Source: Deltaproteobacteria bacterium (GTDB lineage: Bacteria > Myxococcota_A > Polyangia > Haliangiales > Haliangiaceae). Taken from it: a DNA stretch of 61,787 nt. This document shows, piece after piece, positions 9,523 through 19,533 of the stretch. The notes under the pieces were generated by a model. It was not told the origin of the DNA. It did no database searches and worked only from the letters and a program-made list of their open reading frames with translations. How positions within the stretch are numbered: the first letter of the stretch is position 1; each line of letters begins with the position of its first letter. Where the stretch lies: positions 1 to 61,787 of the forward strand of contig JAFAOG010000040.1 of the NCBI GenBank assembly GCA_019237945.1, given 5' to 3'. A program made the position numbers and the translations under genes.

Positions 9523-10355
9523 GCAAAGATCCAGCGGTAGCCGTAGTGCCACGCGACGAGCGCGTGCAACAGCACCGCGATGATCATCAGCAGCGCGAAG
9601 AACCGGTGGAGGCCGCGCCACGTCCGAAGCAGCGCGCTGATCCCCTGCGCGCGAGCATCCGCTGCACTCGTCCGGTAGAGGTCGCGCTCCGCTCGCTTGA
9701 GCGGCTTCGTCATCTTGTGCGGCATCATCATCGCGAGCGCGACCCGGCGTGCTTTCGCGGCCGCGCGCCATTTCGGGATCGCGGCGACGGCCGTCAGGAG
9801 GTTTGCATTCGCGGCGACCGTCGGACCCGGTCGCTTCTGCATCGCGAGCACGAGGTCCTCGCGCATGCCGGGGAACTCGGTCTCGAACGCGTCGATCGCG
9901 GCGTCGAGGCGCTGCTGCGTGTTGCTCGGCGCGAGGAAGTGAAGCAGCCGGCCGAGCACGCCGGTCAAGACGACCATCGCGAGCGAGATCGTCGACGTCG
10001 TCGCGATCGGCGTGCGCAGCTGGAACGCCGAGTGGAACGACACCAGCGACGCGATCATCAGGCCCGTGAACACGTGGATGTCGAGCCACACCGCCATCGA
10101 GCCCCAGCGCGTGCCGCCGAGCCGTCGCCGCACGAGGTAGCCGAGGTTCAGGATGATCAGCAGCGCGGCGATCCAGCCGTAGCCGTTGCCGAGCATTCCG
10201 CTCGGGCGCAGCGTGCGGAAGTCGGGATGCTCCGGGCGATCTTGAACCGACATCCAGTAGAACGACCACCCGCGTGCCGCGAGGATGATCGTGGTGGCGA
10301 CGACGACGAGCGCGAGGCTCACCGTCAGCGCCGGACTTCTCCGGGTTGCAGACAT
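9519..10355 (-). CDS. Polytopic membrane protein, first gene of the cytochrome operon (possible b-type cytochrome/quinol-interacting subunit)
   Basis: 278 aa with at least 5 hydrophobic segments carrying His residues (WLDIHVFTGL, LVSFHSAF, RLLHFLAP, AVLLHALVAWHY). Good codon bias. Function is inferred from operon context only. Confidence 0.7.
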   Translation of the reverse strand: MSATRRSPALTVSLALVVVATTIILAARGWSFYWMSVQDRPEHPDFRTLRPSGMLGNGYGWIAALLIILNLGYLVRRRLGGTRWGSMAVWLDIHVFTGLMIASLVSFHSAFQLRTPIATTSTISLAMVVLTGVLGRLLHFLAPSNTQQRLDAAIDAFETEFPGMREDLVLAMQKRPGPTVAANANLLTAVAAIPKWRAAAKARRVALAMMMPHKMTKPLKRAERDLYRTSAADARAQGISALLRTWRGLHRFFALLMIIAVLLHALVAWHYGYRWIFA

Positions 10356-10739
10356 CTCCCGGCGCGGACGTTAAGCCCGCGTGAATCGAAAACGGAAGCG
10401 CACGACCCCTGTCATCGCACGACGAAACACTGTGCAAAGTGCGTACACCGAGACGCAGACTTCGAATTTGAAAATGAAATGCAGAGTCCCGTATGTCGGA
10501 TGTTTCGTACGATCAGCGTCTTGTACGTCTCGGGACAGTCAACGTCAGCAAGCTCACGGATCTTACGCGAACCTCAGCGCGAGTCATCGCCGATTCGCGC
10601 ACATCCGCGAACGACGGATCGCGCGGTTGGATCCTCTGTCGATGTCACGAAGGTTGGAGCACCAACAATTCTTACTCGTTGACGCCTACATCAGCGTGAG
10701 CCGAGCGTGAGCCCGATGATCACGGGGAGATCTATTTTT

Positions 10740-12302
10740 ATGCGTCTTCACCTGTTCGCTCCGCTGCTGTTCGTCGGTGCGTGCGCGACCGATCCGGCGA
10801 CCGATACCACCGAGCAAAACGCGTCCGTCACGCACGGCAAGGACGTGTGGTTCAAGAGCACGTTCGGCGGTGAAAAGCTCTTCAGCATCATCCTGCCGGG
10901 CCCGCCGTTCAACCTGACGCTCGGTCTGGATGCCGCGCTGACGTCGCCTCGCGACACGCGCTTCACGCAGTACGGTCTGATCAACGACCCGGACTGCGTG
11001 CAAGGTGACGCGTCGAGCGGCTACCTCGACAAGTGCGCCGATCCCGAGTCGGCGGGTGTCGTCGGCGTGCGCAAGAAGATCATCCTGACGGCGGGCGGAC
11101 CGAAGGTCCTCGTCGGCGTCGCGTGCGCCGCGTGTCACGCGGGTCTCGATGCGGCGAACCCGCCGGCGGATCCGAATCACCCGACGTGGGCGAACATTCA
11201 CGCGACGACGGGCAACCAGTACATCCAGATCGGCAAGCTGTTCGGCGCGCATCTGTCGCCGCACGATCCGCGCAAGCAGGTCTTCGATACGTGGGCGCCG
11301 GGCACCGTCGACACGACGGCGATCGAGTCCGACGGCGTCAACAACCCGGGCATCATCACCCAGTTCTTCAACACGCCCGAGCGCCCGTACTTCGACCTGA
11401 CCGACAACGGTCTCGCGATCCACGTGCACCGCGGCGGTCAGGGCGGCGAGGACGACGCGGGCTGCGAGAAGGCGGCGCTGCGCGTCTACTTCAACATCGG
11501 CATGTGCGCGGCCGAGTGCATGGTCCCGCACCTCGCGAACGGCCCGGGCGGCACGCAGACGCCGATCGACGACGCGGAGTGCAGCTCGCGCTGCCCCGAC
11601 TACGTGCAGGCGAAGGCCGACGTCGTCGACGAGTGCGCGTTCATGGCGACCAACACGCCGCCCGCGCTGCCGGCGAGCTACATCGATCAGGGCAAGGCGA
11701 ACCACGGCCGCGAGGTGTTCCGGAAGAACTGCGCGGGCTGCCACAACAACGGCGAGAAGCTCCAGGACGACACGATCCTCTCGGATGACCTGATCCATCC
11801 CGCGGCGGAGATCGGCACGAACTCGTGTCGCTCGAAGTCGACGAACTGGACCGCGGGTCACATCTGGGCCGAGTTCTCGTCGGATCAGTACAAGGCGCGC
11901 CCGACCGGCGGCCCGGGCTTCTACCGCGACGTCCCGCTGACGGCCGTGTGGGCGACCGCGCCGTTCTTCCACAACAACCGCCTCGGTACGTACAACGGTG
12001 ACCCGTCGATCAATGGCCGTCTCGCCGCGTACTACGACGCGATGGATCAGCTGCTGAACCCGTGGAAGCGCGACCTGCTGGGCTCGATCCTGCGCACGAG
12101 CGACTGGATCCAGATCCCGACGCCGCTCGGCCCGGCGACGCTGCCGGCCGGCACGCCGGTCGCGCTGTTCGCCAACGCGAATCCGGCGAACCCGCTCGAG
12201 AACCGCTGCCCGGACCTCGTCGAGAACGAGGGCCACTACTACGGCGCCTTGCTCTCCGACAAGGACAAGGAATCGCTCGTCGAGTTCCTGAAGACGAAGT
12301 AA
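10740..12302 (+). CDS. Di-haem cytochrome c peroxidase-like lipoprotein
   Basis: Met12 of ORF 10707..12302. Lipobox LLFVGAC. Two CxxCH motifs (CAACH, CAGCH). APFFHNNRLG resembles the distal-haem region of the CCP/MauG family. Confidence 0.75.
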   Translation: MRLHLFAPLLFVGACATDPATDTTEQNASVTHGKDVWFKSTFGGEKLFSIILPGPPFNLTLGLDAALTSPRDTRFTQYGLINDPDCVQGDASSGYLDKCADPESAGVVGVRKKIILTAGGPKVLVGVACAACHAGLDAANPPADPNHPTWANIHATTGNQYIQIGKLFGAHLSPHDPRKQVFDTWAPGTVDTTAIESDGVNNPGIITQFFNTPERPYFDLTDNGLAIHVHRGGQGGEDDAGCEKAALRVYFNIGMCAAECMVPHLANGPGGTQTPIDDAECSSRCPDYVQAKADVVDECAFMATNTPPALPASYIDQGKANHGREVFRKNCAGCHNNGEKLQDDTILSDDLIHPAAEIGTNSCRSKSTNWTAGHIWAEFSSDQYKARPTGGPGFYRDVPLTAVWATAPFFHNNRLGTYNGDPSINGRLAAYYDAMDQLLNPWKRDLLGSILRTSDWIQIPTPLGPATLPAGTPVALFANANPANPLENRCPDLVENEGHYYGALLSDKDKESLVEFLKTK

Positions 12303-12308
12303 CGAGCT

Positions 12309-12749
12309 CTACGCGAGCTTCGCCGTCATCGAGATCGGCGTCGCCGAGAGCGCCTTGGAGACGGGACAGCCCTTCTTCGCGTTCTCGGCGAACGTCTGGA
12401 ACTGCTCGGCGGTGACACCCGGTACCTTGCCGGTGAGCTCGAGGTGGATGCCGGTGATCGTCCAGCCGGCTTCCTGCTTCTCGATCGAGACCGTCGCATC
12501 GGTGCGCAGCTCGGTCGGCTCGTGCCCGGCGTTCGTCAGCTGGGCGCTGAGCGCCATCGTGAAGCAGCCAGCGTGGGCCGCCGCGATCAGCTCCTCGGGG
12601 TTCGTGCCGGCCTTGCCGTCCTCGCTCTGAAAGCGCGTGTTGACGCTGTACGGCTGGTCCTTGAACGCGCCGCTCTGCATCGAGATCTTGCCGCTACCCT
12701 TGGTGAGGCCGCCGTTCCACACGGCGGTGCTGCTTCGCTTGAGTGCCAT
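12309..12749 (-). CDS. osmC: OsmC-family peroxiredoxin
   Basis: MALKRSSTAVWNGGLTKGSGKIS..., with NPEELIAAAHAGCFTMAL and KGCPVSKAL, the two conserved OsmC Cys motifs. Confidence 0.9.
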   Translation of the reverse strand: MALKRSSTAVWNGGLTKGSGKISMQSGAFKDQPYSVNTRFQSEDGKAGTNPEELIAAAHAGCFTMALSAQLTNAGHEPTELRTDATVSIEKQEAGWTITGIHLELTGKVPGVTAEQFQTFAENAKKGCPVSKALSATPISMTAKLA

Positions 12750-12807
12750 AGGTGTTCCTCCGGGCGCGGGTATATCGCACCCGGTCCGGAGCACCTAGCG
12801 ACCTTGG

Positions 12808-13395
12808 CTAGCCAGCGCGCAGCTCGTGCTTTCCGTTGTTGCCGATCGTCTCGACCGTCGACGCCTGCGGGCCTTCGTTGCCCTGCTCCTCGGCGAAGCG
12901 GACCTCATCGCCGACCTCGAGGCCGTCCATCTTGCCCCCGAGCACGCTGTTGCGATGGAAGTAAACGCGGCGGCCGTCGTCGGGCTCGATCCAGCCCCAC
13001 TCCTTCTCGACGTCGAGGAACGTGACGACGCCATGCAGCCGATCGCCGCCGTTGTGCGACTTGACGTCGCGACGCAGGCGGACGCGCACCGCGTCCTCGA
13101 GCTGGCGCTTCGCGGCCTGGAACGCATCGCGCAGCGCGACGTAGACGTCCTCGTGCGCACCGTCCGGACCCGGATCGTGGCTCGACACGACCTCGCCGCC
13201 TGGAATCGTCAGGCGGACCGTGATGCTGAACGCATTGCCCTTGCGATGCCGGTGATGCGGCTGGCCGATGATGACCTCGCAGCGCGTGATGCGATCGTAG
13301 ACGCGTTCGAGCTTGTCCACCCACTCGCGGCAGCGAGTCTCGACGGCGTCACTGTGCTCGATATCCCGGAACGTGATCTCGACAGGAATCTGCAT
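12808..13395 (-). CDS. HPF/RaiA-type ribosome-associated domain fused to a cold-shock (CSD/OB) domain
   Basis: Start at MQIPVEITFRDIEHSDAVE (typical HPF N-terminus). C-terminal part GVVTFLDVEKEWGWIEPDDGRRVYFHRNSV...VGDEVRFAEEQG is CspA-like. Confidence 0.8.
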   Translation of the reverse strand: MQIPVEITFRDIEHSDAVETRCREWVDKLERVYDRITRCEVIIGQPHHRHRKGNAFSITVRLTIPGGEVVSSHDPGPDGAHEDVYVALRDAFQAAKRQLEDAVRVRLRRDVKSHNGGDRLHGVVTFLDVEKEWGWIEPDDGRRVYFHRNSVLGGKMDGLEVGDEVRFAEEQGNEGPQASTVETIGNNGKHELRAG

Positions 13396-13512
13396 GATTC
13401 TCTGTGACTGCATCGCTCGCGCCATTGCGCTCACAGTAGGCACGCGGAGTTGTGCGCAAACACCGCGTGGCGGTTGCGCACGGTCCGCAGTCGACGCGCG
13501 CTAGGAAGTTCT

Positions 13513-13782
13513 CTACGCGACGCGGACCCAGCCGTCACCGGGAGGCGGCTCGGGAGCTGCCTGAACCGGTGCCTGCTCGCGCTGGTGCATCATCATCATC
13601 ATCGGAAGCAGCATCATCATCGGATTTTGGTTGCTCTGGCTCGCGTTCTTCGCGAGGTCCTGAATCGACGACATCAGCTGCGTCAGCATCTGCGTGACCG
13701 CATCGTCCGAGCTCGCACCGCCGGTGACGGCGGCCAGCTGGCCCGGATCGATCGTGGGAATCTCGTCCTTGGTGTTCGACAT
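13513..13782 (-). CDS. Double-glycine-leader precursor peptide (89 aa), Cys-free, Ser/Thr- and Met-rich
   Basis: Met45 of ORF 13513..13914. Leader MSNTKDEIPTIDPGQLAAVTGG. Core ASSDDAVTQMLTQLMSSIQDLAKNASQSNQNPMMMLLPMMMMMHQ... Divergent from the NAT/exporter/LanB operon, with a 140-nt spacer. Confidence 0.65.
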   Translation of the reverse strand: MSNTKDEIPTIDPGQLAAVTGGASSDDAVTQMLTQLMSSIQDLAKNASQSNQNPMMMLLPMMMMMHQREQAPVQAAPEPPPGDGWVRVA

Positions 13783-13922
13783 GGCTACCGCCTTTGGTGG
13801 ATGCGCAGCCGTCACCACAGCAGCGGACGTGCCACGCCGCTCTCGCCGTGCTTCCGCGCGCTTGCGCGGTTCGGGCGAGGGTGGGGACCCCGGTTCGTCT
13901 ACCGCGGGTAACATCGCCGCGG

Positions 13923-14669
13923 ATGGACTACTTCGAGCGCATCGGGCTCGAGCGGCCGCGCGAGCCGACGTTCGCGGCGCTCTCGGCGATCGTCGGGAAT
14001 CACGTCCGCGCGATCCCGTTCGAGAACCTCGACGTCCTGCTCGGCCGCCCGCCGCGCCTCGATCTCGAGTCGCTGCGCCAAAAGCTCGTCGCGTCGCGCC
14101 GCGGCGGCTACTGCTACGAGCACGCGACGCTGTGCGCCGCCGAGCTCGAGGCTATCGGCTTCGCGGTGCGGCGTCACAGCGCGCGCGTCGTCATGGTCAC
14201 GCCGCGGGACAAGGCGCCTCGCACGCACATGTTCCTGACCGCGATGAACCACGTCCTCGATCCGGGGTTCGGCGGGCTCGCGCCGCACGCACCGGTGCCG
14301 CTCGATGGCACGCCGGTCGGCCATCACCGCGTCGTGCGCGAGGGCACCGAGCTCGCGCTCTATCACGGCGACCAGCGGCTGTGGGTGTCGTCGCTCGAGG
14401 CCGACCTGCCCGTCGACTTCGAGATGGCGAACCACTTCACCGCGACGTGGCCGCAGTCGCCGTTCGTGCAGCGGCTGATGCTGCGCGCGTTCACGCCGGA
14501 GGGCCGGATCACGGCGATGAACCGCGATGTGACCATCGTGCGGGGCGGCGAGACATCGACGCGCCAGCTCGCCGACCGTGCCGAGCTGCAGCGCCTGCTC
14601 TACGATGTGTTCGCAATCGACTGCGACATCTCGCAGCTCCGGGTTCCGACGATTCCCGAGTGGGGGTAG
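13923..14669 (+). CDS. Arylamine N-acetyltransferase (NAT family)
   Basis: MDYFERIGL..., IPFENLDVLLG, and RRGGYCYEHATL (catalytic Cys motif RGGxCxE). Lies 21 nt upstream of the next gene. Confidence 0.9.
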   Translation: MDYFERIGLERPREPTFAALSAIVGNHVRAIPFENLDVLLGRPPRLDLESLRQKLVASRRGGYCYEHATLCAAELEAIGFAVRRHSARVVMVTPRDKAPRTHMFLTAMNHVLDPGFGGLAPHAPVPLDGTPVGHHRVVREGTELALYHGDQRLWVSSLEADLPVDFEMANHFTATWPQSPFVQRLMLRAFTPEGRITAMNRDVTIVRGGETSTRQLADRAELQRLLYDVFAIDCDISQLRVPTIPEWG

Positions 14670-14690
14670 CTCGGGATATGATGCGGCGTC

Positions 14691-16438
14691 ATGGGCACGG
14701 TCGCCGTGGTGTGCTCGGATCACTCCGTCGAGGACTGGGTGTTTCGTGCGCTCGATGGCGCGCTCGTGATCGTCGATGTCGCGCCTGCGGACGTCATGGT
14801 GATCACCGAGGACTGCCTCGAGGCGATCGTCGCGCACGTGCCGCCGGAGAGCTCGGTCGTCGTGCTCGGCGAGCCGACGCGGACGTACTCGCGCGCGGAC
14901 TTCGTGATCACGCGCAGCTGGCGCGAGCACGACCTCCAGCGCCTGCTCGTCGCGCTCGCGAATCACAAGCCGCTGGCGCTGCCGCCGCTCGGTACGCCCG
15001 AGAATCCGGCGGAGGCCCGCGATGCGCAGCGCGCGTTGCTCGCGACGCGCAAGATGTCGACCGCGACGGACCTCGCGAGCACGGAGGCGATGACGGTCGA
15101 GAACGTCGTCGAGCTCGTCGATGCCGATCGTGCGTACTGCCTGTACTACGACGCCGAGAGCGCGGCGCTGTGGTCGGAATCTCGCCGCGGCGGCGAACCG
15201 ATGTCCGCGATCGTCGGAATGGCGGCGTTCGCGGCGAGGACCGGGCATCCGGCCGTCGCGCCGAAGGTCGGGGAGGATCCGCGGTTCTTCGGCGCCATCG
15301 ACGATCCGCAGGCCGACGAGGGCGATCACACCCTCGCGCAGCCGATCCTCGGCGCGGATGGTCTCGTGCACGCGGTCGTCGTCGTGTCGCGACGTGTGAA
15401 CCGGCCGTTCTTTCGGGATGCCGAGGTTCGCCTGCTCGCGCGGTTCGCGCAGCTCGCGGCACCGGTGCTCGATCAGCTGTCGATCCACGTCCATAGCGAG
15501 GCGCTGCTCGAGGAAGAGGCGGCCGAGAATCCGGTGTTCCGGCGCGCCGCGATCCAGGCGGCATCGGCGCCGACCTGGGGCGATGTCGTGCGCGTGTCGC
15601 CGAGCTGGATCACGTGGGCGTACTGGGTGCTCGTCGCGGTGCTCGTCGCCGCCGGCGTGTTCACGTTCGTCGGGCGCGTGTCGACGTATTCCGCGGGTCC
15701 GGCGATCGTGCGGTCGACGGCGCGCACGCCGATCGCAGCGCGCAACGGTGGGATCGTCGTCGCGCTCGACGTGTCGCCGGGCGATCGCGTAGCCGCGGGC
15801 GCTCCGATCGCGCGTCTCGACGACAGCGAGCAGCGTGCGGCCGTCGATCACCTGCAGCGCGAGCTCGAGACGCAGCTGCGCGCGCACATGCTCGATCCGG
15901 GCGACCTCGCGGCCGACAGCGCGCTGCGGACGATCCGGCACGACCTCGACGGTGCGAAGACGGCGCTCGACGAGCGCGTGATCCATGCGCCGGTCGCGGG
16001 CGTGATCGGCGACGTGCGCGCGCGGTCGAGCCAGCGACTCGAGCCCGGTGACGTGATCGCGACCGTCGTCGATAGCAACGAGGCGCTCGAGGTGATCGCG
16101 CTCTTGCCCGGCGAGGATCGCCCGCAGCTCGCGCCGGGGATGACGGTGCGGCTCGAGCTCGCCGGCTATCGGTATGCGTATCAATCGTTCGCGATCGAGA
16201 ACGTGTCGCAGGACGTGATCGCGCCGGCCGAGGCGAAGCGCGTGCTCGGCGCCGAGGTTGCCGATGGCCTGGCGCTGCCGGGACCGGTCGTGATCGTGCG
16301 CGGCAAGCTCGCGAAGCCGGAGTTCGTCGTCGACGGACGCACGCTGCGGTACCACGACGGCATGGTCGGCACCGCCGAGGTGCGCGTGCGCTCGGAGCCG
16401 ATCGTGTACGCGCTCGTGCCGGGCACGCGGAGGTTTCA

Positions 16439-16442
<4 letters not shown>
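14691..16442 (+). CDS. Cytoplasmic pseudo-receiver + GAF domain fused through one TM helix to a HlyD-family secretion adaptor
   Basis: GAF-like region (DRAYCLYYD..., GMAAFAARTGHPAVAPKVGEDPRF, LAQPILGADGLVHAVVVVSRR). TM helix WAYWVLVAVLVAAGVFTFV. HlyD hairpins (GIVVALDVSPGDRVAAGAPIARLDD, IHAPVAGVIGDVRA). Confidence 0.85.
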
Positions 16443-18678
<2,236 letters not shown>

Positions 18679-18682
<4 letters not shown>

Positions 18683-19533
18683 AGCGCCTGCTGCTGGTGC
18701 TGATCGCGGCGTGCGGAGTCGATCGCGGTCCCGCGCCTGCGCCCGCGCCGGCCCCGGCTCCGGTCAAGCCGGCGACGCGCGATGCGGCCGCCGCGCCCGA
18801 GGAATTCGTCGGCGTGCTCGCCGCCGCGCAGTCGGTCGACATCGCGCCGCGCGCGGCCGGGGTCGTGATGAAGCTCGATGTCGCGACGGGCGACGCCGTG
18901 ACGATGGGGCAGGTCGTGGCCGAGATGGATCCGGTCGGCCTGCAGGAGGAGCTGCGCGCCGCCGAGGCCGCGCTCGGAGCCGCGACGGCCGCGCATCGCC
19001 AGGCGATCGTCGACGTCGAGGATGCCAAGCGCAAGGTCGCGCTCGAGACGCAGGCGGTCGCCGATGGCGTGAGCGCGCGCAGCGTCCTCGAGGAGGCGAA
19101 GTTCGCGGTCAAGCGCGCGGAGGCCGCGGAGCAGAAGGCGGCCGCGACGCAGGCGGCGGAGGCTTCGCGCGCCCAGACCGCACGCGATCACGTCGGCGAT
19201 ACGCAGCTGCGCGCGCCGTTCGACGGCACGGTCGCGCAGCGCTTCCACGATGCCGGCAACCGGATCGAGGCCGGCGGCGCGATCCTGCGGATCGTCGGCA
19301 ACGGCGGCATGCGGCTGCGGTTCGCGGTGCCGCCCGATCGCGCGCACGCGCTGGCGCTCGGCGCGAAGGTCATGGCGACGATCGATACGGTCGCGGCGCC
19401 CGTGGCGGCGACGATCAAGCAGATCTCGCCGACGATCGACGCCGCATCGGGCATGGTGATCGTCGAGGCGGAGCTCGCCGATGGCGGCGGCGGTGCATTG
19501 CGGCCCGGTCTCGCTGCGCGGGTGAAGCCGTGA
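18679..19533 (+). CDS. Periplasmic adaptor (HlyD/RND MFP-type) lipoprotein
   Basis: Tail of ORF 16585..19533 starting at a GTG (GTGA overlap). Lipobox LIAAC, PAPAPAPAP linker, coiled-coil Ala/Glu region, then LRAPFDGTVAQRF. Confidence 0.8.

Noticed and set aside
7687-9540. 617-aa plus-strand ORF. Similar long ORFs occur at 10686..12236(-), 22541..25102(-), 35794..37713(-), 47197..48372(-), 50220..51524(+) and 60259..61773(-)
   Set aside because: All lie opposite or out of frame to genes with strong motif support. All are dominated by Arg/Ala/Asp/His, and several span two unrelated real genes.
10620-10680. Possible sigma-54 promoter (TTGGAGCACCAACAATTC) upstream of the peroxidase-like gene
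   Set aside because: It lacks the TTGC -12 element at the correct spacing. The resemblance is limited to a TGG…GCAC string.
10493-10699. 68-aa ORF (and the overlapping 109-aa ORF 10381..10710) inside the long divergent intergenic region
   Set aside because: Third codon positions are not G/C-biased, unlike every supported gene here. There is no RBS and no recognisable motif.
13899-16355. 818-aa ORF on the minus strand
   Set aside because: It is antisense to the NAT and GAF-HlyD genes. The product is Arg/Asp/His/Ala-rich with no motifs. This is the typical high-GC shadow ORF, and the sense-strand genes have clear family motifs.
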